Shown in pieces: positions 37,426 through 50,020 of a stretch of DNA of 64,000 nt; position 1 is the first letter of the stretch, and each line of letters opens with the position of its first letter. The stretch comes from Ginglymostoma cirratum (lineage: Eukaryota), in contig JAHRHZ010000016.1 of assembly GCA_024137785.1 (NCBI GenBank), positions 24,703,926-24,767,925 on the forward strand, in the 5' to 3' direction. A model generated the notes under the pieces. The model had not been told where the DNA came from and made no database searches. It worked only from the letters and a program-made list of their open reading frames with translations. Both the position numbers and the translations under genes were made by a program.

Positions 37426-39829
37426 TGAGCTCTCAAGTCCTTGTTGCCTCGTTCATCACCTCATTCACTGACGCTATCACTGGACATAGTGATGAACAAG
37501 GCAGTGAGGTGAGCCAAAGAGGGCAATGGAGGCTAGGGTGGTGTGGACAGCAGCGAGTGGGTGAACAAGGGTGAAACAGCAATAATGAGTGCACAGTAAC
37601 GATGTCAGTGACACCAACTGGCTGGATCCATATGGCAGAAACCCCACAATGATGTCAACTGCAACAACTTCCTATTCCAAAGTGTTGGCAGGAGATAGTC
37701 AATTCTAACAAGAGTTCAACAGTGTAAAACATCATAATTACTGCTGAATAGCCTATAGTTCCTAAAAGCTAGTTTTATATTTGTTGAATGTACTTTTTTT
37801 TTCACAAATAGTGACATTTATGTTTAAACGTTTTCGGAATTTATGACATTTCAGCTTCAATTTCAATCCCATATGTAGGTCTCAATTCTTTAAATTGCAC
37901 TCAAAAAATGTTTACTTCAAATTGATAAAGTCTGTGCATTTTAATTCTGAGTTTACCATATCAGAATTGTTCATTTTGATTTGCTATTTACCTTGCTTGC
38001 TGACATTGATATTCAGAGATGAGAGTGGCCAGAGATTAAAAAGTTCTGAACAGTTTTTATGACAAAGAACAACATATACATTAATAGCGCAAAGCAGCGA
38101 AGTCACTGCAGTGTAGAAGGGCTGGGAAAGTATTGCATTTTTATCATCTGCGGTGAAATGCCATGCTTCTCAGCAACTCCAAATGGGTGGAATTGTAAAA
38201 GTATAGTGAGATGAATGAAATACAATAAAACCAAAATACTGCAAATGCTAGAACTCTGAAATAAGAGTAGTGACAATACTGAGCAAGTCTGGCAGCATCT
38301 GTGGATTTATTACAGTTGCTAGGTTAGTTCTTTGTAGAAGTAAGGTACCCCCTATTGGTATGATCCTGGGACACGTTTTCGGATGGTTAGGTATCCCTTA
38401 GACTTATTAATGGTAGAGAGTCTCGTGCCTTAAAACTGTAAGCTATCAAAGAAATATCTATCAAACATGTCAAGATCTATCAAAAGGTGTTTTTATGAAT
38501 AGAGTGTTTTTTCCAATAGAATGTAGTTTGTAATATAGAACATTTTTTTTCCTCTTGTCTGCATGGATACTAGTTGATAGTAAGTGAATTGACATGGTAG
38601 GGGGAGAGTGTGCAATTATGGGTAGGCATAGGGGCTATGAGGGACCATGGGGATGGGTGAAGGGACATAAAATGACATGGGGAAAAGAGTGATGGAAAGG
38701 GGTATGGTGAGACGGCATGTTAGGCAGGTGGATGATGAGGTATGAGGTGTGAGGGTTGCAGCAGTGTTTCATATTCTAATCTATTATTGTAATTTTTGAA
38801 CACAGTACTGGAGCCTGAAAGCATGCTTTCTGTTCAGTCTGTCTCAACAAACAACAACCTCCTCAGTCTTTCTGAGTCACCTGGCCTAGCTTTGAATCCA
38901 GCTTACCCTCTCAGACCAAAAGTGGTGAATGCAGGCAGCCATTTTAAAAGGTCAGGGCTGCACAGCTGGTTACACTGTATACCCAAGCCAGGAATGCACA
39001 TCCAGGCTTCTTCCTCTTCACTGTGAATTTTAATTCTTCAGTCACTTCATGCTGCTGTTCCAGCTCCTTCAATCAGAGGTTTCTTTTCTTCTGCCCTTGC
39101 TGATCCTCCAACTGTGCATTCTCTCCATACAGGAACAGCAAGAACATGAAGGACAGAAACTGATTCTCCATTCACAGCATTGTGGTCAGTTTATGGTCTC
39201 ACAAACAAACAGCAGAGTTGCAATCTTTTCCTTAAAACCCCCGTAAGTTGAATCAGCCCCAAAAGATTGAAATATCAATTTAATATAGCTGATTTCTAAG
39301 AAGCCAATGTCACAAATCTGCCAAAAAGAGGTAATTTCTCATTCCTGTGTTATTGTGCTAAACACTTGGAAATGCCCAAGTTGGCACTATATTCAAACTG
39401 TAATTGGGAGAGGGGATAATCCATGTCGCAGAGATCACAGGATGGTCTTCAAAAATCAGTGATGAGCACCATTGTTACATTGCTGACTGTATAATATAGC
39501 TCTTAAAATCCCAACCTATTCTGTGCTATCAAGTATATATTCAGCATTACATATTGAAACCATGTATCACTTTTCTTCCTTTGGCCAATGCAAATTTATT
39601 GGAACCAAATATCATAAAGTACATTCCTAGGATCACTAGAAAAAAATCATCTGGTTTCTTATTAAAACCTGAAGCTATTCCAAAAGTAAACAAAATGAAA
39701 CTGCATCCTTATTATAAAAACAGGCATCACATAGCTGTGTTTAACATTCTACACACCATAATATTCATTAAGCAACAAAGCAAAAATTCTCAAAGAAAGA
39801 AAGAAAAGCAGGTTGAAAATTATAATTAC

Positions 39830-42481
39830 CTGAATGGTCTGCTGTTCCCGATTTAATCTTTTGCAACTTACAATATCTTCCTTCTTAGTGCATTTGAACT
39901 TCTTTCCAATATAGCTAGATGGATTTGTACTGCATCTAACTGAATTAGGTCCTTTACATTTAGAAACTAGATTCTTCACTGAACCATCCTTCTTTTCTTT
40001 GGTAACAGTACATTTCACTGGTCCACAATGCTCTTTCTCATTACATATAGCTTTAGTCATTGATTCATCTGCATCTGTAGATAATTCCGAGGATGTTGTA
40101 TTTCCACATGCCAACTCCTGTGTGGTTGCTAGCTCTACCCTCTTGTCACTTTCTACAATAGGAAGATCTTTAATACTATGGCTATGATTAATTAAAGGCT
40201 GGTTGCTCAATGGCAAAGAAGTAATTATTCTTTGTCCTTTTTGCTCCTTATTTTGAATTTTTCCATCTTCTTCCATATCACCCGTTGAATTATTAGAATT
40301 TTCACTTGCAATTCCATTATTGGTTTTATCCATATTGTCTTTCTTGATTGTAGAAATCATATTTTGTTGATCTTTCTGACCATTTCTGCTTTCAGAAGGT
40401 AAATGGCTCAAGTCAACTGCACTACTGGAGGCTGATTGGTTCAAATCTTGAGAAGTACCTTCCTTATTTATTGCATTTGGAGTGAATGATTTAGGATTGT
40501 CTTTTTTATTTTCAATTGCAAATAGTTCCAAAGCCCGATTATGAACAATAGTCTCCAAGTTGGACAATGGCGATGCCATTATTTGTAGCTTGTCTTCTTT
40601 TGTTTTATCTCCACAACTCTGAGGTGTCCAAACAGCCCCCAGATGACGTGGGCTTTGAAATAAAGTATATTCACCTCTGGAAGATGCTAACCCATAAGGA
40701 ATTCCTTGAGCTGGTGGTAGCTGTTGTGCTGAACAACTGCCATTAGTTAATAATGATGAATGATGAAATGGAGTTTTATCCTTTGCCAGATAAAGGTGGT
40801 TAATGATGAATGGGGGATATGCATTTGAATGAAATGATGCCACTTCACCGGGGGTGGATACAAAACAGCTATGCGATTGACTATTAGGTTTTTTTACACC
40901 TTGACCTTCACATGTAACTTTTCTGGCCTCCCCACTTTTGTCACCATTCAAAAGTGATAACTGGCAATCTCCCTGGTAAACAATTGAAATTGGCTCTTGC
41001 TTAGCAGCATTCTTAGATTCTTCATTACCAATCTGTAACATAGATGCAGGTATAGCACTGGCTACACCAACAAAAGTCCGTGGGTTATGGTTTACCAATT
41101 TACTGGAACCTTTTACCCAGGACCAAGCTGGGTTTGATGGCTGTAAAGTTAAAGGATCAATTGAATTCTTTTGAAGAGTAGCGCCATTTCTTATAGTATC
41201 TGGAAAAACCACAACAGGTGATGTTAAACCAAAGTTTCCTTTAATACTGCTGGCACTATAGATACTTTGAGGAACTTGTGATGAGATGCCATCATTTTTG
41301 GAGTGCAACAGAGAGAATGATCTATCTCCTTTAACAGGTGTCAATACTGGCATAGGTGGTGTTTTTCGCAGCTCAGGGAAAGAATTCTGTTTAACCCCTA
41401 TACCATGACAGCTTGATTTTGCTGACAAGTCTAGTGGCAAGTCATGGGTTCCCTCTGGATATATCTGCTTCTCAAGTTGAGGTGGAGATCTAAATACTAT
41501 GAATGGAGGGTGTGAATTTTCTGAAGGCCCAATTGAACGCTGATGAGTAGAACTGCACTCAGGAAGTTTAGGTAATTGGCAATTTGGGCTCTTTCGTCCC
41601 AAAGATAATTCACTGCCTGGGCTGAAATAAACGCGGGAAGTTGGCAGTGAAGCATGGGAAGCAGAGGCTAAAATCTGTTGTTGCGGAGATGATTCTGATT
41701 CAGTTTTACTTTTTGCAAACAGGGGCTGAGAGTAGTCAGCAGTATGTTTGATCTTGGATTCTGAAGTCAAAGATTTGTTGAGCATCACTGGATGAGAATA
41801 TGAATGTAGGTCAGGTGTTAGATTAGTGCTGCCTCCTTTACTTTGTAAAAATGATGGTATTGTCTGCACTGTAACTCCTAAAGTTGTTGGTAGAGATGGC
41901 GCAACATGGGGATGGACTAAGTTTGGTGGTAAGTACATCAAATGGGGACCCTGGTTAAACATGGGTGAAAAAAATGGTTGAGTAACAGTGTGTAAATTCT
42001 GGGATGATGATAAACCAGGTTTGTACAAGTTTAATGAGTTTGGTGCATCAAAAGGGCAGCAATTCCCTGATTTAGCACTGTCTATTTGTGGATCATTCCA
42101 GGGGAGTCCTTGATACTTAGCTTCAGTCCCAGGAATCACTTTTTGCTTTATAGTCTTTTCTGGTTCCCCAGTGTTTTCCTGAGCGCAAGTAGTTTTTGAC
42201 AGAGTTTGTTGTGCTTTACGAGGCATGCCCGTACTCTCCAAATTTTTCATTTTGTTATTTCCACTTTCTGGCATTTCCCCATGCAGCAAGTTACTTTCCA
42301 CATCTGTAACTTTGTCAGTCTTTAACTGTGTGTCTGAAGTGGTCATGAAGGTGACCTCCTCTTCTTTGCGAACAGATTTTTCAGGCTCATTATCCTTGCA
42401 ATTTTGAAGTTCCTCCTGCAATAAGTTACTTTCATCCCACTCGACTTGATGGGCACCATTGCTCATTCGTTCAGTCGCCAC
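39830..42481 (-). CDS. BCORL1: BCORL1 large exon (2652 nt, 884 codons; human exon 4 equivalent)
   Basis: Lies within the 910-aa ORF. Acceptor tttttag|GTG at 42481; donor CAG|gtaatt at 39830. It contains PLDLS, RKTPPMPVLTPV, SPVVVFPDTIRNG, WVKGS...FVGVASAIPAS and KQEPISI, in the same order as in mammalian BCORL1. Confidence 0.95.
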
Positions 42482-44239
42482 CTAAAAAGATATGGCAATC
42501 AACAGAGATTTCAATAAGCCTAGGTTTCCTAAAAACACTAACACTACTTTATATCGCTACTAATAACTTTAAGTTGATTCACAGCTAAAGTAAGGATTTT
42601 AAAGAATAATCTTGAAGTGTCTGAAATACAATTGTGCTTCTGGGAACCACTTGCAGATATTTATACTTCAGTACTTTTTAAAGGAAATAGTTCATTTTCA
42701 CCTTGCTTTCCTAAAGCCATTGACGCTTATTGGGTATGTCAGTAGCGTTCAAACCCAAGTAGCTATTTTTTAGGTTGGAAGTTTTTACAAATTTGTTCTC
42801 AGGCTATGAGAAGTGTCAAAAGTCCACGTTATTGCCTTTCCTTGACTGCCTTCAGAAGGATCAATGTCAAAACAACAATTATTTTAATAACTATATGGTT
42901 TGCAACTTTTTCAGCAAATGTTAAATGTTTAAATTGTAATTGCGAGTAGAACACCAGCCAATGGGGGCAGAAGCAAATGGAGAATTATCCAGCTCGCTGC
43001 AGCTTTTAAGTCCTGGAGTTTTAACTCTAAAAGCCTTTTGCATATGAGCTCAGTCAGTTCCCACTCAAACCAGGAGGACCAGGAGCAACAGCAGCATAAA
43101 AATAGACTGATTTACAATAGTCACCATACAGAGCATGGACCTGATCAACGGCAGCAGCTTCAATGAAGTGAGAGACAGGGCCCCCTATCAATCAATGTGC
43201 AAATCTGAGAGATGGCCAAAGAAGAAGAGCCATTAGTGCTGAACAGTGCAAGACAGGACCTCTGGATAGAGTGCAGACCTAAGTGGCAGCAATAGGAGGG
43301 GAAAGGGATGCCAGACAAGACTGGACCAGAAGAGTGCAGTGCAGAAACAGAGCATAAGACAACGCATCCAATAGAATATGGACCTGAGTAGTAGCAGGAA
43401 TAGTAGTGGTTACAAACAACACAGAGCAGGAGAGGGCCCCCAGAAAAGAAGTTTGCAGATCTGAATGGCAGCAAAGCTGGCAAAAGAGAGGGGGGGGGGG
43501 GGGCAGAGCCATTGAACAAAATGTAGGTGGAAAATTATAACAAAAAGAAAACAAACAGTAAGTGTTGGCGCAAGGTAGCTGTGGTAACTAATTATTACAG
43601 TGTTTCTTTAAATCCCTCAGAGCTGGAGCAATTGTTTAAACTAATAACTGGGGAGATCCATTTATTACTTTATTAAATTATTAAGTTAACATATAAACCA
43701 AAATAATCTAATTATATTTCTTCAGCATATCAATAACAGGGAAATTTAAAAACAGGGACGGAAGGGCAGGCTATTTGCATATACAGTAACAAATATGAGT
43801 TTCTGGACAGCAATACAGAGTTAGATTTAGAGACCTGCAGAAAATGACTCTGCCTTTGTAGTCACTGCAGCTCAGAATGAACAAGCTGCAGTGGGAGTTG
43901 GAGACACTCTGAAACATGAGATAGGGAGGAACTTCTGAGTACTTTTATCTAGAATGCAAACACATCCCAGAGAAAAGCAGAAAATAAAATATTTTTTCTG
44001 TTATAAAGCAGGGCGTCAGGGACTTCGGAGAGGGAAATGGAGGTTCTTCATGCATTGATCTGTAAACAGAAAAAGAGAAGGACTGTAGCGAAGGCAGTCA
44101 CAATGCAGATCCAGGCACCAAAGTTCAGAAGATGGTCCAAAGACGGAAGAAGCAGAATGGAAATGTACAGTGATAGGGGACTCCATAAATCAGGACAATA
44201 GGTAGCATCTTCTGCAGCCACAAACAAGCATCCTGAACA

Positions 44240-44368
44240 GAGATAAAAGGTACTGCAGATGCTGGAGGATCCGAGATAACAAGCATGGGGCTGGATGAAC
44301 ACAGCAGGTCAAGCAGCATCATAGGAGCAGGAAAACTTGACGTTTCGGGCCTAAACCCTTCATCCTGA
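44240..44368 (-). mobile_element. Penelope-type repeat arm with a partial hammerhead motif
   Basis: Minus strand GATGAAGGGTTTAGGCCCGAAACGTC. It shares cacagcaggtca.gcagcatc with the element at 37209. Confidence 0.65.
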
Positions 44369-47300
44369 ACACGTGTTGCCTACAAGTTGCCATTGAAAGG
44401 GATATTATACAATGACTACAGAAGAATTTGCATAAGGAAAAAGATAATCCCTAGTTGTTTCAATTCATATCAGAGCAATAAGTAGGAAAAGGGAGGAAAT
44501 CCATCTGGGGGAATATCAAGTGTTAAGATTAAATTACAGATTAGGTCTGTTGTCCTGTAGTAGTATCAATCTCTGGATTATTGTGCAAGCAGCATAAACT
44601 TTTACTTAAAAACACAGTCAGACCAGGAACACACGGCTAAGGAACTAATGTGGAAAAAGACGTAATTATTTTAATGGAATATGTCAAAACCAAGATTATA
44701 ATAAGAAATCAAGATGGATTTTAAAAGGATATGCCTTGCTTGATTAACATAGTTACATTTTTGAACAAGATGGATAAGGGTCATGGAATAAATTGCTAGG
44801 TCAAAATCATGGAACGCCCTCTCCAACAGCATTGTGAGGGCAGCTACACCAAATGGACAACAACAATTCAAGAAAGCAGCTCAGTAACACATTCTCAGGG
44901 GCAATAGATGATGAGAAATAAATGCTAGCCCAACCAGCGATGCCCACATCCAAAGGAACAGAATGGATAGCTGGTTGACTTGAACATAAAAGCAGAGTGT
45001 AGGGTTAAGACACTATTATGGCAGTGGCGAAAAGTGGAAAGTGGCATTCCAAAAGGATTGCTGTTGAGACTATGGTGACAACAATTTAAGTTAATTTAGA
45101 CTACTGAATGAAAAACATAATCTCTGACTTCAATTGGTGGGCTGATAACAACTAAAAGAAAGAATGGGCTCCTGTGGTGCCATACAAGAGTACTGGTAGT
45201 ATCCCTATCTCCAAGATCAAGAGCTCCAGGATCAAGTCTCACCTGCTGCACAGTTGTGTAATAAATAACATCTCCGAACAAGCTGATTAGAAGTAACTAG
45301 CCGACGGACAGAGGACTGCAACAAATATTAACAGAACGAACGTATGATTAGCTAAGTAATTTTAGCATAAAGAAAAAGAATTATTAAATTTTACCAAAAT
45401 GAATTAAAGAATTTATATATTGCTTGGAATTAAGCATCTAAATAGAGTGGAGGTGCAGCGAGATCTGAGAGTAAATATACAAATCACCACAAGCAGTGAC
45501 ATAGATAAAAAAAACTTTTAAGAAGCACCTTTAAGCAGAGATGGAGGGGGTGTAGGGCGAAGAAAGACTTAGAGAGAGAATTACATAATTCAGCATCTAG
45601 GCAGTTAAAAACACAGCCACCAATAATCACGCTGATAGAAATCAGGAATGCACAAAGCATAGGAACTAGACAACCAGAAGGGCTATTGGAGGTTACTGAG
45701 ATGAGGAGGGGTAAGCCCATGGAAGAACAAGAAATTGAAATATAATAAATTGCTGGGATTGAGAGCCAACGTAAAGTCAGTGAGCACAGAGATGATGTTG
45801 AAATAAGGCTGTTGTGCATTAAGATACAGGCAATCAAATATCGGATGAGCTGAAGTTTAAGTAACGTAGAAAATGAGAGGACAGTCAACAGACCGTTTTA
45901 ATTGTCAAGAACTGATGTCAGGATTTTGAACACCTCCTTCAAAATCTCTTCTTTAAAAGGTGAATAGCTGCAGCTTCTTCAATCTGTGTAAGTGAACCTC
46001 CCCATCCCTAGAACCATTCTCATAAATGTTTTTTACACCTTCTCCTAAGTCTTCACATCCTCTTAAAATGGAAGGTGGACAAAATGGCTTTATTTTTTCC
46101 GATAGCCAGATGACTGTTTTTCCAGTGGAAATGGGAGTTGCGCAAGGGGACCTTGTGGAATCCCCATCACAGTAGACTTGGAATGAACTGCCCAGGAAAT
46201 CGAAAATTCCGCTCGGCAATTCCCCTGCACTTGGATGTATCTGAAACTATCTATTTAAAGTCAAAGAATTCCAAAGGCCTGCTGCGGTTAAGTAAACATT
46301 ACTCAGTGTAGGTTAGTCTATGAAATACCTATTTTAACTCCAGAGTTAACTATAAAAGTTAACTATAAACCCTACCAACGCACCACACACACCAGCAAAT
46401 GCACCTCCCCCAGACCTCAAACATTATCCCAGACCCTATGAGATATTGACCCTCACCTCCAAGGACTGACAACTATACACCACCCCTCCCCCCATCCCAG
46501 CTACTAGACCTGCACCCCCACCCTGGTGAACACAACTCCCTTTTCCGCCACAAGACCTGATACCACTTTCTCAGCATGTAGAACCCAAGTTCTTACCCCA
46601 CCATCAGACCAACCCCCTTTCATCACCATAACAAATACATTCCCCTGCCCGGCATCCTACTCTTTGCACCCTACCCATTTGGTACCGATCACTTCTGGGA
46701 TCCTAACCTTACACTTACCTTATATACTTACCATTTGACTGCTGATTCTGGACCTTTAAATTTCAGAATACAGCAGATGACTGCTGTGGAAAAAAGAACA
46801 GGCAATTGTTTGCTTCACCCTGACAGTTCTACACTATAAGGTACTTGTCAAAATGAAACAGCACTCCATGTTTCTGAAGAAAACCTGATCAGAACCTCTT
46901 GTCAGAGAAGTGGAGCTCTTTCATTGTGTTTAGAGAAGGAGCAAAAGTGGCATTCTACACAAGATTGCCACTTGTTGAAAAATCTGCCTACTATTCCAAC
47001 TGAGCCCAAACCGGTTGTTTTAAAAAAGTTTATCCTATCTTTCTGCTTTTATACTTTGTGCCTTTCTAAAGCTAAGGATGCTATGTGCTATTTTAGTCAC
47101 TCCTCAATCAGCAAAAGCACCTGCAATGATTTGTAAGCATATAATCAAAGGTCTCTCTGCTCCTGCATCACCTTTTAAAAAACTACACCATTTACATTTA
47201 TATCTTATCATTTCACACTTCTCTGCATTACATTTCATTGGTTATGTGCCCATTCATTCTACCATCCTGACTATACTATCACCATTCTCCACATAACACT

Positions 47301-48774
47301 TCAAGTTTTGTGTCACATGGAAATTTTAAAGTTGTACTCTGTACATTCAGTCTAGGTTATTAATATGTATCAAGAAGAGCAATGATCTTAGCATCAAACC
47401 TACTGTATACTTTCCTTCAATCAGAAAAGCAGTCACTCACCACTGCTCAAGTTTGCTGAGTTTCAGAAAACTTATCTATGCTACCACTATCCCTTTCATT
47501 CCAAGAGCTTCAACTTTGCCAACAACTATACCTCCACAACTCAACCCTCACACACTGTAGCAATCCACTTATCATTGCCATTGCTCACAAGATTTAGCCC
47601 AATGAGTTTATCCTTGAACCTTTTTTGAACAGGCTGGAAGTTTTCAGTTCTCCAGTGTTGTGGTACACCACTATGTATAAAATGTGAACGGGAAGTTTAT
47701 GGTCAGCACTGTAACATTATATTGAGGACTCAGTTATGCAAAAAAAAAACTCTCTAGTCTCAATAATGATATCTCACTTTAATCCCTGTCTTGTTATTCT
47801 CACACATACAGTCTTGCTTTTCCTAATGGATAAATGTTTGTTCCATGGTATTAGTGCTGCTGTTAATTGCTTTCCCAACCATCATTTGATTTTTGAATAA
47901 CACATAAATAGACTGCCAATTTGTTATCAGCTATTTTGTGCTAGGGGCTAGTTGGCTCACTGGATGGCAAACATGTAGTTCAGAACAATGCCAATACAGA
48001 TTCGATTTCTATTCCAGCTAAATTAGCCTTGGGGCATGCATCCTCAACCTTCTCCTGAGAATGGAAAGCAACAGCATACCACCTCTGAGAATCACTGTTT
48101 AGAAAATTGTTTAGGATGAAGCTTCAGCAGACATTGAGCCAGGGCCTGCTTTTGGATGAAGTAAACATTTTGTGATGATTTCCCAAGGGGTGAGGTTGTC
48201 GTTTGGTAGCACAAAATTAAGACCAACGCAAATTTAAACAGACTAAAGAGGGCAAGGTGATAACTGAAGCAAGCCAGGAAAGGCAAAACAAGGCAAAAGT
48301 AAGTGTGAGGAGAAGAAAGGGAGAGATGGAAATGACAGAGTAGGTTGAAAATGCAAGGAGCAGAGTGAAGAGTAGGGGAGGGAGTGAAGAAAATGGATTG
48401 GTCATGGAAAACAGCGCACAGGAGGAGAGTAAAGGAATTTGAGGAGGGGAAAGGATGAAGAGGTGGGTGTCCGAAGAAAGAGAAGGAGCCAATGGGATTG
48501 ATAAAGAGGGAAAAGATCAGAAGAATAAAAGAATATACTGGAAAACGAGAGGACATTTTTTTGTTCTGAAGAAGTCATATCAGACTCCATGGAGCTGCCA
48601 AAAATGCGGAGTTTCTCCAACATTTTCTCTTTTTATTTCAGATCTCCAGCATTCACAATATTTTGCTTTTATTTAAGGAAGTAAGTTACCTTTGTAAAAG
48701 GCAGCAGATGATGAAACCTCCAGACCAGGTATGTTTTGCAAAAGACTGAGGATGTCTAAACCTCAATTGTGAGG

Positions 48775-50020
48775 TTTGCTGTGAGGGAAATCATGTCTCA
48801 CTAACTTGACTGTTTTTTTTGAAGAAGCGACAAAGAAAATTGATGAAATGAGAGCCATGGACATTGTCTATATGAACTTTAGTAAGGCATATGACAAGGT
48901 TCCGCATGGTAGACTGATTAGCAAGGTTAGGTCCCATAGAATCCAGGGAGAGCTAGCCATTTGAATACAAAAATTGGCTTGAAGGTAGGAGACAGAAGAT
49001 GGTGGTGCAAAGTTGCTTTTCAGGCCGGAGGCCTGTGCCACAGGATCAGTGGTGGGTCCACTACTTTTTGTCATTTACATAAATGATTTGAATGTGAATA
49101 TAGGAGGAATGTTAGTAAGTTTGCAGGTGAGACCAAAATTGGTGGTGCAGTGGACAGTGAAGGTGGTTATCTCAGAGTACAATGGGACCATGATGAGATG
49201 GGCTGAGGAGTAGCGGATGGAGTTTAATTTAGATAAATATGAGGTGTTGCATTCTGGTAAGGCAAATCAGGGCAGGACTTGTCCAGTTAATGATAAGGTC
49301 TTGGGGAGTGTTGCTGAACAAAGGGACCGTGGAGTGCAGGTTCATAGTTCCTTCAAAGTGGAGTCGCAGGTAGTCAGGGTAGTGAAGGCATTTGGTACGC
49401 TTGCCTTTATTGGACAGAGCATTGAGCATAGGAGTTAGGATGTCATATTGCAGCTGTACAGGATGTTAGTTAACCCACTTTGGAATACTGCATTCAATTC
49501 AGGTCTTCCTGCTACAGAAAGGCTTTGTTGAACTTGAAAGGGTGCAGAAAAGATTTACAAGGATATTGCTGGGGTTGGAATGTTTGAGCTATACAGAGAG
49601 GCTGAATAGGCTGGGGCTACTTTCCCTGGAGCATCAAAGGCTGAGGAGTGACCTTATAGAGGTTTATAAAATCACAGGGGGCATGGACAGGGTGAATAGC
49701 CTTTTCCCCACGATAGGGGAGTCCAAAACTAGAGGACACAGGTTTAAGGTGAGAGGGGTAAGATTCAAAAGAGACCTGAGGGGCAACGTTTTCACGCAGA
49801 TGGTGGTGCATGAATGGAACGAGCTGCCAGAGGAGGCGGAGGAGGCCAGTACAACTGCAACATTTAGAAAGGCACCTGGATAGGTACATGAATAAAAAGG
49901 GTTTAAGATGGATATGGGCCAAATACTGGCAAAAGGGGACTAGATTAATTTAGGATACTTGGTTGGCATGGAGAGTTGGACCAAAGGGTCTGTTTCTGTA
50001 CTGTGCAACATTATGACTCG
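48775..50020 (+). mobile_element. CR1 LINE RT plus 3' end, relatively well preserved
   Basis: GSVVGPLLFVIYINDL, MEFNLDKYEVLH, QKRFTRIL...RLRSDLIEVYKI, WNELPEE and a tail ending attatgactc. Confidence 0.92.

Noticed and set aside
39749-42481. The 910-aa ORF as a standalone single-exon gene
   Set aside because: Its 'start' is a GTG directly after a splice acceptor, and its hydrophobic tail is intron read-through beyond the donor at 39830.
7901-42481. Calling the gene BCOR
   Set aside because: Diagnostic motifs ([39 protein letters not shown]) are BCORL1-type. I saw no BCOR-type APSSWVVPG or LKVCIELTGL.
48092-48556. 154-aa hydrophobic ORF
   Set aside because: It is an artefact of purine-rich low-complexity sequence read on the pyrimidine strand.
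48690-48755. Candidate 66-nt minus-strand exon (tttag...AAG|gtaact)
   Set aside because: It has no resemblance to BCORL1 and is sandwiched between repeats.
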